Source of the DNA: Tetramitus jugosus
Lineage: Eukaryota; Protista; Heterolobosea
Direction: 5' to 3'
Length of the DNA stretch: 64,000 nucleotides
Assembly: GCA_937625935.1 (NCBI GenBank)
Contig: OW569366.1
Span: forward strand, 310,001-374,000
A program made the translations under genes and the position numbers. Of the stretch, positions 34,432 through 44,467 are shown piece by piece. The notes beneath the pieces are model-generated. The model ran no database searches, was not told where the DNA came from, and saw only the letters and a program-made list of their open reading frames with translations. Positions within the stretch are counted from its first letter, which is position 1, and each line of letters opens with the position of its first letter.

Positions 34432-36243
34432 TTAGGCATCTTCCTCATTGCCAACGGTCTTTCTCAATCTCACAACTGCGACAGAGATGTTGTCTGTTGA
34501 TCCAGTGGAATAGGCATGGTCTCTCAGCTTCACACTCGCAACTCTTGGGTCTTGTTCATCCTTGATCAAATCGACTGCATCCTGATCACTCACCACATCC
34601 CAAATACCATCGCAAGCAATAATCAAAAACTCATCGCCTGCAGATGTGCTCAACGAAGTGAAACAGGTGTGTGGATCAGATGTGACCATTGGTTGCAAAT
34701 ACACGTCTCCAATGGCACGTGTCACAGCAAGAATTGCATTGACTCTCTGATTGATAATGTGACCCCCAGCGTCCTTCACTCTTCTCTGTTCATCAGGATC
34801 GTTTGGTCTGTGATCCACAGTCAATCGAATAGCTTTTCCATTCTTGCTCAAAACAACTCTAGAATCACCCACATTGGCCACATAGAGTTCCAAGCAATTG
34901 TCATTTGTTTCACTAGCAGAAGCAGCAGTAGCAGCAGTTGAAACAACAGGTCTCAAGTAAACAGAGGATGCAGTGCAACCGTTTTGAATCTTTTCTTCAT
35001 AGCAAACTCGTTCGTTCGTCTCCAAAAAGGCCTCTCGCAACAAGATGGGAATCACTTGTTGTTCAGAGAGTGAATCAATAGAAATGGACCCAACAGATGA
35101 TTCATCAACAGTGGCAGCCTCTTCTGCATGATCACTGTTGTTTCCATGGTGAGCTCTTGCCTTCATACTGTTCAGTGTAGCACCCAAGCTTCTTGGAACG
35201 CATTGCAACATGCGATTACAGGAATGAGAGAGCTCACAGAGCTCTTCCTCAGACAACACTTCCTCACCACTCTCGATCCGTTGTCTCTTTTGTAAGAAGG
35301 CTTGATATTGATCCAATTTTGACTTGAAAACAACGTGAAGTTCTTTGCCAACGAAATGAGCTGCTTCTGTGCCACCGTGACCGTCGTACACACCTACAAA
35401 CACCTCTTCCATATTGTTGTTGCTTGTTTCAGTTGTGGTAGCACTGATGACACGGTAGTGAGCCTCAATCGTTGTGGCATCTTCCATCGTAGGTCTTCTT
35501 CCTTGCATGTCAGCGTGACCAATCTTGACACGATCATTCTTGAGATCGTGAGGGAAAACAGCAGAAATGTTGGACATGGTCACAGATGGAGGCAACTGTT
35601 TATCATCATCACACACACAAGAATGGAGAAAAAAAACGGTGGTTAGCTCAAAAAGCTTTTTTACCTCGTTGGAAAAAAAACAAAAAATCGTAGATGGTTT
35701 CTTGTATCGACCAAACAAAAAAAAGCGCGTATTTTTTGGATTTTGTAAAAATGAGCGCGTGTAAAAAAAAAAGAGTTGTGAACAACATACCCTTGGAGCT
35801 CTGCCAATTTGTCTCTCTCTTGCACGTTGATTTCTACGTTGACTAGCAATCAGCCTAATTTGCTCATCATCTTGATTAGCTACCATTCTTGGAGTGTTAC
35901 TGCTGCCATTGAGGGCAGGTGCTCCACTAGAGCTACGATTCCGTGATAATCCTTCGTACTCTGAAAGACTAGAGGACATGATGGCCCTAGGTGATACGGA
36001 GCATGTGTTTGGTTGAACTGGTAAACTAGAGGAAAGTAGCACTGGAGAGCTACTACTGCTACTATTGTTGTTATCATTGTTATCATCATTGCTGTCATTG
36101 TTGTTGTTCATGTTGTTGATTTTGATGCTGTTTGACCTCTTGACTTCTATTGGTATAGAGGTTGTGGAGGTTGTAGGTGTTGTATCATCAGTTGCTGTTG
36201 TTGGAGAGGTTGGTGTAGTGGGTGTTGTTGTTGTGTCAGACAT
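34432..36243 (-). CDS. PP2C/PPM protein phosphatase; probable in-frame intron 35596-35790
   Basis: GRRPTMED, VYDGHGG, ANVGDSR, DHRP, LAVTRAIGD, ACDGIWD, DNIS. Confidence 0.93.
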   Translation of the reverse strand: MSDTTTTPTTPTSPTTATDDTTPTTSTTSIPIEVKRSNSIKINNMNNNNDSNDDNNDNNNSSSSSSPVLLSSSLPVQPNTCSVSPRAIMSSSLSEYEGLSRNRSSSGAPALNGSSNTPRMVANQDDEQIRLIASQRRNQRARERQIGRAPRVCCSQLFFFYTRSFLQNPKNTRFFLFGRYKKPSTIFCFFSNEVKKLFELTTVFFLHSCVCDDDKQLPPSVTMSNISAVFPHDLKNDRVKIGHADMQGRRPTMEDATTIEAHYRVISATTTETSNNNMEEVFVGVYDGHGGTEAAHFVGKELHVVFKSKLDQYQAFLQKRQRIESGEEVLSEEELCELSHSCNRMLQCVPRSLGATLNSMKARAHHGNNSDHAEEAATVDESSVGSISIDSLSEQQVIPILLREAFLETNERVCYEEKIQNGCTASSVYLRPVVSTAATAASASETNDNCLELYVANVGDSRVVLSKNGKAIRLTVDHRPNDPDEQRRVKDAGGHIINQRVNAILAVTRAIGDVYLQPMVTSDPHTCFTSLSTSAGDEFLIIACDGIWDVVSDQDAVDLIKDEQDPRVASVKLRDHAYSTGSTDNISVAVVRLRKTVGNEEDA

Positions 36244-36652
36244 TTTTTACTATTGTTGTTGCTGTTGTAGTGGTGTGTGTTTTTTTTTGGTGATGGTATC
36301 AAAATTGTGAAAAGAAATTCGGGTGGTTGAATGTTTGTTTGTTGTTGGTGTTGTCTGTAAGGAGTTGAAGTGGTGTTGTGTTGTTGTTTGTCGTTTTTTT
36401 TTGTTGTTTGTGTGTTGATGGTTTGTGTTTGGGGTTTTTTGCTTCTGACGCTGCGTGAAGTGAAACCGGGTTTTGTTGACGATGTTGTCGTGGGGACTTC
36501 TTGATTGGGGTTGATAGCAAACAAAAAATTGTGTGTTGCGGAATTCAAATAATTGAGTGGGTTTAGGCTGATGAAGAGTATTATGGCGTAGAATTACTAT
36601 GATGTGATAATTTACAAGTTGTTATTTTACAATGGCAATTTCAGGTTATGTT

Positions 36653-37840
36653 TTACAATTGGCTTGAGGCTGCGGGTGATGGATGAGGGTGTTTTTGTGA
36701 GGAGTCGCCATGGATTGATACCTTGTGTCTTTTGAGGTGAGAGAGTTGCCTGAATGCTTTATCACAGTGCTCGCAAGTGTAAGGTTTCTTGTTGGAATGT
36801 ATTCTTTGGTGTCTTCGGAGGTTGCTGTTTGTTGTAAAAGTTTTCTCACATTCAGCGCAACTGTACGGTCTTTCTCCCGTATGTGTTCTCCTGTGAGAGT
36901 TCAAATCTCCCTTCCGAGCAAAGCTTCTGTCACAGTCCGGACAAGAGAACAATTTTGGACCGTCTCTGGAGGTGAAATAGGGAGAGTTTTCACTGCAGCT
37001 ACTATCTACACTAGCTCGATGACCAGATTCTGGTATCGAAAACTGGGAGGAGGGAGGTGTCGCAGGGAAATCGTACTGAGATGGAATAGCTATGTTCACA
37101 GAGCTCGAACCAAAGTGAGCTTGTGGTAGATTTTCTTGAGTGTGTCGTGTCGTTGCCTGACTCGGTGCATGTGTTTCACGACTGTTGCCACATATAGTCG
37201 AGTCACTTTCTAGAGGATGCAAGTAGTCTCTTCCTAATGGTGATCGTGGATCACGTTTTCTAGGAGTTCCTTCCAAGGAATCACTTGAAGGAGCAGCACT
37301 CAGATATCCTCCACTCTGAATGCTGTCCGTGCTACTGACACTGCTCAATGAATTCACATTACTTTGGCTGCTACTGCTGCTCAATTGGTCAAAAGAGGGA
37401 ATGGGCACGGGAGAGTGAGGTGACACAAAGTGCGTATGAGTGGGTGTAGATGCAAGTTTCATTGTTCTTGATAGGCAGTCTGCCAATTGTGAGTCACCAC
37501 CAGAGAACGATAGAGAAGATGGATGCGTGTTCATTTGAACTTGTCTCATTGGAGGAGAGGCAGCATCAGCACTGTGTCTTCTTTCAGGAAGGGGTCTGCT
37601 GTTGTTGTGGCCATGAGTGTGACTGTGCTGATGGTGGCTGTTGTTTCTGTGAAGATGGGGAACATCAGCCAAGTTGAGCATGATCGATGGACGATTGGGT
37701 GTAGAAGCATGCCCAACTTCCATCTCTCCATAGTGTGGTGAGAGACGTGCCAATGGGCTGTGACGGGGTTCTGGAGTTCCGATTGGACAATTCACAGACT
37801 GAAGAAGAGAAGAGAAGGATGGAAGAGAGAAGGATCGCAT
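36653..37840 (-). CDS. C2H2 zinc-finger transcription factor (three C-terminal fingers)
   Basis: CPDC..HRRTH, TGERPY linker, CAEC..HQRIH, CEHC..HKVSIH. Confidence 0.92.
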   Translation of the reverse strand: MRSFSLPSFSSLLQSVNCPIGTPEPRHSPLARLSPHYGEMEVGHASTPNRPSIMLNLADVPHLHRNNSHHQHSHTHGHNNSRPLPERRHSADAASPPMRQVQMNTHPSSLSFSGGDSQLADCLSRTMKLASTPTHTHFVSPHSPVPIPSFDQLSSSSSQSNVNSLSSVSSTDSIQSGGYLSAAPSSDSLEGTPRKRDPRSPLGRDYLHPLESDSTICGNSRETHAPSQATTRHTQENLPQAHFGSSSVNIAIPSQYDFPATPPSSQFSIPESGHRASVDSSCSENSPYFTSRDGPKLFSCPDCDRSFARKGDLNSHRRTHTGERPYSCAECEKTFTTNSNLRRHQRIHSNKKPYTCEHCDKAFRQLSHLKRHKVSIHGDSSQKHPHPSPAASSQL

Positions 37841-38565
37841 CTTGATTGGTTGAAACAGATAAATGAATGGCAGTAAATTGGGATGAGTGAAGGATAGTAT
37901 TATTGATACGTCTGTGATTCATACACAAGAGTGAGTAGGTAGTTTATGGTTTGTCGCGTGTTATTCGATCCAATAGTGGTGTGTTTTCTTATCGGATGAT
38001 GAGAGTCGTTCCCATCAATCGATGGAGCTTCGAGAATGTGATCTAACATGTGCTTTTAGTTCACATCCTTATCCAGAAGTTTCAGGTTAAACCAAACGAC
38101 GAAAAGGAACCGAATCATCCGATAAAAGAAAAGCGACCGGGAGATCGCCTCCTTTTTATTTTTCACCCACCCGTTTTGTTAATTCGTTTCTTTGGAAAGA
38201 AGGCTTAATGTGGGCTATTCACTACTCTCGCTTTCTGGATATTTCAGCGAGTTCAAGGAGAAATGATCGCAGAATAGTTCGCAATTCTGGTGGGTACCAA
38301 GAGTATCCACATGACAATCCATGGAGTATCTCGTGTGTTTACAGTAAATAATCAACCACAATATTGATTGATATCTGGGTGTATTCATTCCTTCAGTGCC
38401 GAGATTGTTGTATTCACAACTTCGCCTTGTTCAGGTTCAATCTCTAAAGTGTAAGTTCGTTCAGACTTGAACATTCCACAACAACATCAACAAAAAACAA
38501 ATTTCATTTTGCTCACTCAGGACCAACAAGAATATCACTAGGACTACCATCATCCCACATTTATC

Positions 38566-39327
38566 ATGGTCAAGAAACAACAACCCTCTAAAAACAACAA
38601 CAAGAAGGGAAAAGAGAAAGCATCACATCCGATTGTTCCCTCTGCACACTCGAGTGTAGCACCTGCATCTTCATCGTCGTCATCTGTCACGAGCAGGATC
38701 GAAGCAATTGTTCGCTCTACAAAAGTACTTCGAGTAGCGGTGACACCATTGCCAGTGTTGCCCACATTGGTTGAGAATCAACCATTGAGCATCAATGTCT
38801 ACAGAGGTCCAACAGAGTACAGCAATTGGGTCATACCAGGTGTTTTGCTCGTTGGTGGTTTTCCGAGGCGGTCATCTAACGTGACGGATATTCTGGGCTC
38901 GGGTGTTGATACTGTGCTCTGTTTGGTGGAGTCTTTTGAGATGCAGCGCATCAATCCAAACTATGAGGACATTATTGCTCAGAAATCAAAGAATAGAGCT
39001 CAGTTGATTACATTCCCTATTCGAGATTGCTCAGTGGCACCTGATGAAGAAGTGAGCCTGTTGATTGATCACATGGTTCACTTGATTCAAAATTGTGGCA
39101 AGCGCTTGTTTGTTCACTGCGTGGGCGGTCACGGCAGAGGAGGAACAGTTGTTTGCTTGTTGATGGCAAAGTTGTACCAAATCAATGACCCACATCTAGT
39201 CATGAACTATTGTCAAGCGTTCCATGATACGAGAGTCAAGGGAACAGACCGTAGATCACCTCAAGTACCTGATCAACGCAACCAAATTTATCGGTTAGTC
39301 ACCAAATGGTTCCCACCACAAGAGTAA
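38566..39327 (+). CDS. CX5R tyrosine/dual-specificity phosphatase
   Basis: SNWVIPG.LLVGGFP, FPIRD, catalytic VHCVGGHGRGG, SPQ..DQ. Confidence 0.88.
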   Translation: MVKKQQPSKNNNKKGKEKASHPIVPSAHSSVAPASSSSSSVTSRIEAIVRSTKVLRVAVTPLPVLPTLVENQPLSINVYRGPTEYSNWVIPGVLLVGGFPRRSSNVTDILGSGVDTVLCLVESFEMQRINPNYEDIIAQKSKNRAQLITFPIRDCSVAPDEEVSLLIDHMVHLIQNCGKRLFVHCVGGHGRGGTVVCLLMAKLYQINDPHLVMNYCQAFHDTRVKGTDRRSPQVPDQRNQIYRLVTKWFPPQE

Positions 39328-39530
39328 ATAAATCTGTAATTTAACAATTATTTAGCTATTCCCCTCAAATGCAATGCAATTATATCCAAACATGACAACT
39401 TCTTCAGTCGGAATCAACAGCGAGTTCGATCTTCCCCCGATTTCCTCAACAAAGAAAAAAAAAGCTCTTCGATGGAGTCGAAAAACACATCAGAAAAACT
39501 CTTTCAACAACAACAAACAAAAAGAGAGTC

Positions 39531-41450
39531 ATGTCAAACAACAACAACAACAACATGTCGAACAATCAACAAGATCAACAACAACATGTCGAACAACAAC
39601 AACAACAGTCATCATCACCCAATTTCAGTCATCGATCCATCAAGGGCATGACCAACATTACAAACACTTGTTATCTCAACTCTGCTCTACAAGCTCTCTT
39701 CTCCTGTCACCAACTCTACCACCTCTTTCAATACGATACTCGTTTTTTACAGCGACTCGATCGGAATTTTCGGCACGCTAAAACTCCGATGCAGGCATGT
39801 CGGACAAAATTATGCAGTGAATTAGTGAGGTTACATGGTGAATCTTGTGATGATCACAATGACGATGATGACGACAGTGATGATAACAGTGATAATGATC
39901 GAGTCATTACTCGTCGTTCCATGTTTGTATTTGCCCGCTATTTATGGAGAGTTTTTCCCGCCAATTTTTCGCACTACACTCAGGAGGATTCTCAAGAGCT
40001 CATTCAAATTTTGTTGGACACGTTGTACGAGGAGTCCAAAACGGAGGTTTTTATTGAGACGACGACAACGACGAGTGGTGATGCCGCTGTTCAACCTACG
40101 AATACAAGAGCTAACAATAATCATAGCTCTATACAAACCAATGAAAATGTAAATAATACGAATCGCAATGATGACAATGAAAGTGAAAATAATGACGATA
40201 ATGATGACAATGGAACAGAAATGGACCAAGAAGAGTACTTTATACTCAAATGGATCAAGAAACAACAAGAGGATGACATTTTGAAAGAATGGACCAAAAA
40301 ACAAGCATCGAACCAATCCACTACAACAAAAAGAAGTAAAAAACTGGTCAAAAATCATCATGACAGTGATAGTGATACGAATGACAGTGATACCGATACT
40401 ACTAGTGATACTAATAGTGATACTGATGATAGTGAAAGTGAAGAAGAAGAAAAAACAATGCCAAAACCATACAAGCAATATGTGAGTCCCATATCCGATT
40501 TATTTGGTGGTTATTTGTTGAATGAAGTGACGTGTGAAACATGTGGAAACGTATCAATGACAGCACAAGCGACATTGGGAGGTATTGCAATCGAAATTCC
40601 ACAACGAGAAGAATTGGAAGAGGCACAACAATTGAAACAAATCAATGTGACCGATGCGTCGAGTGATGACGAAAATGGTGAAAAGAATGAAAATGGTGAT
40701 TTATCGAACCTAAAGAATGAGAATAGTGGTGATCATCATGAGCAGAAAAAGATGACAAGGAAACGACAGCAAGCAATGGATCTCGAACAACAAATTTCGT
40801 TTGTTTCTTCATTGTTGCGCTACGATATTTGTGAATGTTTGAATCCGTTGAATTTGCCTCAATGGATCATGAACATGTACCGCAATTCTCTCTCGTTCAG
40901 TGGTAATAACAATAGTAACAAGTCTGTTCACTTGTTTGACTGTTTGGATTCATTTTTCCGGGCGCGATTCCTCGATGGATGTGACTCGTATCACTGTGAA
41001 CACTGCAATGCAAAGAGTGCGGCTACCCAAAAGCTATCTCTGTTGAAACTGCCAAAGATTCTCTGTTTTCACATCAAGAGATTCTATACGGCTCGTTCTT
41101 CATCGTTTCTGTTCAACATGCTATCGAGTGGATCCAACTGTTATAAGCGAACGGAGAACGTATCGTTTCCGAACGAGTTTGAAGTGAGGGAGCTGTGGGA
41201 ACGTTACATGAAACAAGGGTTCATGCCAGAGTCTGTCAGTACCAGTTCGCAAATGCATCACTCGAAATATAAGATTCGGGCCGTGATTAATCATCATGGC
41301 TATGTGCTGTCGTCTGGTCATTATACGAGTTTTGTGCGGCATAATGATGAGTGGTATCTGTGCGATGATTCCTACGTGAGACGAGTGAGTGACAAAACTG
41401 TTCACAACTCGGAAGCTTATGTACTGTTTTATGAATTGGTTCACGAATAA
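39531..41450 (+). CDS. Ubiquitin-specific protease (USP, peptidase C19)
   Basis: Cys box GMTNITNTCYLNSALQAL, QEDSQE, LPKILCFHIKRF, His box HHG..SSGHY, WYLCDDS, AYVLFY. Confidence 0.93.
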   Translation: MSNNNNNNMSNNQQDQQQHVEQQQQQSSSPNFSHRSIKGMTNITNTCYLNSALQALFSCHQLYHLFQYDTRFLQRLDRNFRHAKTPMQACRTKLCSELVRLHGESCDDHNDDDDDSDDNSDNDRVITRRSMFVFARYLWRVFPANFSHYTQEDSQELIQILLDTLYEESKTEVFIETTTTTSGDAAVQPTNTRANNNHSSIQTNENVNNTNRNDDNESENNDDNDDNGTEMDQEEYFILKWIKKQQEDDILKEWTKKQASNQSTTTKRSKKLVKNHHDSDSDTNDSDTDTTSDTNSDTDDSESEEEEKTMPKPYKQYVSPISDLFGGYLLNEVTCETCGNVSMTAQATLGGIAIEIPQREELEEAQQLKQINVTDASSDDENGEKNENGDLSNLKNENSGDHHEQKKMTRKRQQAMDLEQQISFVSSLLRYDICECLNPLNLPQWIMNMYRNSLSFSGNNNSNKSVHLFDCLDSFFRARFLDGCDSYHCEHCNAKSAATQKLSLLKLPKILCFHIKRFYTARSSSFLFNMLSSGSNCYKRTENVSFPNEFEVRELWERYMKQGFMPESVSTSSQMHHSKYKIRAVINHHGYVLSSGHYTSFVRHNDEWYLCDDSYVRRVSDKTVHNSEAYVLFYELVHE

Positions 41451-41934
41451 AATGAGCGTCTGGTTTGTCCAAGCTGTCAATTGCAAGTTACCATCCCCCA
41501 CAAAAAATGTTGGAAGTTTCAGGAGAACCATATTGGTCGGGAGTAGAAATCTTTTGACACAAACAAGTACTTCTCGTTCTTCTTCCATACTCAGAGCAAG
41601 ATTGAGAGGACATCCAGCAATTAATCAGATGGCCAACTTTCATCTTCCAGTCAGACCAAGTCTTCTGTCGTTGCTCGAGTCTGGTTGAGCGGGTGTGAGT
41701 TTTTTAGTCAGGGTGCATTCCAATATCACCCCCCACATCGAAGACTTGCGGTCTGGTTCAAAGGGCGCCATGGATTCTATGTTTCTTTATTGTGGGTAGT
41801 TCTTAGATCAGGGTATGAAAGTGGCTGAATAGCCTTTTTCTTCTTGAGTCGAGGCCTGTGTTTCGTATTGTTTAGAGCGATGGATTGCAATGAATCGTGA
41901 AAGAATTCCGAACAATTAGTACCGTACAAAATCA

Positions 41935-42130
41935 CATATCAAGTGTGAATGCCAGACAAATGAGAAAATGCCTTGTTTGCATTTTTTCATACTTAGTGTG
42001 TGGATGCCTTCCAAGAATTGGAAATGGTCCACCACACTTGTATTATCCAAGTTAACATTGAACAATGTTCCTGGAAAAAGTTTTCATAAGACGTCTATTT
42101 CTTCCACAATCAGATCCCTGCAAGATAAAC
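41935..42130 (-). pseudogene. Decayed GIHTL-type LRR gene fragment
   Basis: Minus-strand translation DVL*KLFPGTLFNVNLDNTSVVDHFQFLEGIHTLSMKKCKQ, then a frameshift, then AFSHLSGIHTLDM*. Same repeat family as 43608-44042. Confidence 0.65.
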
Positions 42131-42459
42131 CTGGGAAAGTACAATGTCAGCAAAGACGCATCGAAGCAATAAACTGATCAACACCAAAAGAAAATTCATA
42201 TGCCATGATTAACTTACACAAAAGCCGATGCCAAAAGCCCAATCTAAGGTCTCTTTCCTCGGCATTCAGTAGGTAGTTTTTTGAGAGAAGTACAAAACAA
42301 ATCTAAGATCCCAAGACACCAAGACTACGAACTGGTTTACACCCTTAAGAAGGACCCCACACTCTCGCGGAACTTCATCCTTGTCAGAACTTGAAAGAAC
42401 AAAAAGTAATTGTTGACACTAAACCATTTCTTGTCAAACTTGCCAGAAACAAACAAAAA

Positions 42460-42578
42460 GCCTACATTACTGAGGGTTCTCGAGTAGTCTCCTATCTCAA
42501 TACTAACTCAGCCAGATGGCGCTTAACTTCTCTATTCGAAATGGGAAGAGGTGGTTCCACCATTGTATGAACGTAGAC
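42460..42578 (-). rRNA. 5S rRNA gene (copy 1)
   Basis: 119 nt: GTCTACGTTCATAC...GAAGTTAAGC...GTTAGTA...GGAGAC...GAA...GTAGGC, followed by a T5 Pol III terminator (42455-42459). Helix I ends pair and the conserved 5S motifs are correctly spaced. Confidence 0.92.
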
Positions 42579-42626
42579 ATTAAACATGTTTTTTCACATA
42601 TTTTGGCCGCTTTGAGGTCCCACCGA

Positions 42627-43293
42627 GGGGTGGACTTTAGTTTTCTAAAGTACCCCCACAAGATTGACAGAAAGCTGGAGTGGTTCTATGCACAAGTGCG
42701 CAGTGGTACTATGCACACTCGAGAAGTCATGAGGGTATTGTATGGAAAAAATGAAGCTCCAGCCGTGTGTGAAAGATGTAACAAGGAGTCAGAGACTATT
42801 CTACATTGTCTCATTCGCTGTCCACGAGCCATATTGACTAGAAGAAGACCGGCTATGTCGGTCGGTGATGAACTGAGTGGTCTGGGAGTCCACCCAAAAC
42901 ACAAGATAGACCTATGGTTCGACTCGGTGTGTTGGAAAGGAGGTAAGATGAGTGTGCAACCAAACCGAAAATCGAGCAAAGAGTTCCTCCTAGGTATGAT
43001 GGGTGTAGAGAAGGAAGCAGTGGATCAAATTATGAGAGGGATGAGGAAGAACGGAATCAAGAAAGATATTGCGGAAAAGAGCCAGAACATTTGTGAACAA
43101 AGTGAAAAGGAGGTGCGTCGAAACCCTTCACCAATTGTACACCTCCTATAAGGAAGGAACAAAACAATGATGCCCTACGGGCACCATTGTTAGAATTAAG
43201 AAGTAATGGAGGAGATAACGCTCTTTGAGCGTTATCCATTGTAAATATTCAGATAATAAAACAGAGCAACCAGTTGGTTGTATTAAAAAAAAA
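42627..43293 (+). mobile_element. 5'-truncated non-LTR retrotransposon (LINE 3' end with zf-RVT-like CCHC motif, 3' stem-loops, A9 tail), flanked by a 15-bp TSD
   Basis: ORF remnant RSGTMHT...CERCNKESETILHCLIRC; AATAAA at 43255-43260; A9 at 43285-43293; identical TTGAGGTCCCACCGA at 42612-42626 and 43294-43308. Confidence 0.85.
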
Positions 43294-43607
43294 TTGAGGT
43301 CCCACCGAAATTGAGCTACTTCCGCGTTTTCACCTGCTACATGTAAATAGTGTGAAACGGAGGTGTCTCACGTGAACAGTGTCAGGGGGAGATTCTCAAA
43401 ACTCTCCACCTGTTCGCGACGACGAAGAATAAAGGTAGTCAATAGCATTGCAAGTATAGAATGGTTGCAATTGAGTTACACTTGCAAAGGAATCAATCAA
43501 TTGAAATTCAATCGATGGCTCTATGTCCAACAAGAAGAGAACACTAGAACGAGCTTTGGAAGAGAAAGAAATTGAACACTGGTTTCAATTAGGAAACAGT
43601 TTCTTAC

Positions 43608-44042
43608 TTGTCTGGCATTCATACGCTCTCCATGAGTGGTTGCCACCAAGTCACTGACCATACGTTTTCTCATTTTGCTGGGATACATTCACTCCACATC
43701 GCAGACTGCAAACAAATCACCGATGATGCATTTCCATACTTCTCTGATACTCATAAACTCTCTATGGGTGGTTGTGAGAATATTACAGACAATGCCTTCA
43801 CTTATTTAGCTGGCATTCACACACTCTTTATAGGTCATTGCAAACAAATCACCGATAATGCTTTTACTCATTTGGTTGGTATTCAAACACTTAATATGAG
43901 TTTTTGTACGGGCATCACAGACTTTGCATTTCAGTGTTTGACTGGCGTTCGGACACTTACACTGGATGGATGTGATCAAGAATCCATCCCAGAGAAAGGA
44001 TTCCTTTTCTTGAAGGGTATTCACACACTTCGTTGGGGTTAG
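43608..44042 (+). pseudogene. GIHTL-type leucine-rich repeat fragment (about six 25-aa repeats) lacking an ATG start
   Basis: Repeats L.GIHTL.M..C.QITD.AF..L. Starts at TTG with a broken upstream frame. Confidence 0.7.
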
Positions 44043-44348
44043 GTACGATATCGTAGCCGAAGAGACAATGCCTTTAAAAAGAAGGAGATTGGTTGTTGCG
44101 AGTCCAGTTCGATAGCTCTTTATGGCATGGATGGGGAATGACAGGATAAATACATTATCAGTACAGTAAAAGAGAACCAGCAACAGATCCAATGGCAACT
44201 TGGTCTATATTCGAGGCGAGTGTGCTTGGTTGTGGTACGCTTAATATCAACCTTGTTCAGAACTCAAGTGAGTCTTACTTCTCTCTCCCAATGGGTACTC
44301 AGATCCTAGGATCCTGTTCCCCGGCTAAATCACAAAACAAGGCCAAAA

Positions 44349-44467
44349 GCCTACATTACTGAGGGTTCTCGAGTAGTCTCCTATCTCAATACTAACTCAG
44401 CCAGATGGTGCTTAACTTCTCTATTCGAAATGGGAAGAGGTGGTTCCACCATTGTATGAACGTAGAC
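44349..44467 (-). rRNA. 5S rRNA gene (copy 2)
   Basis: 118/119 identical to copy 1, with a T4 terminator at 44345-44348. Confidence 0.92.

Noticed and set aside
42516-43151. 211-aa ORF, and the 72-aa ORF at 44405-44623, sharing an N-terminus M.LNFSIRNGKRWFHHCMNVDI
   Set aside because: The shared peptide is just the antisense translation of the two 5S genes. Only the part after 42627 is genuine retroelement coding sequence.
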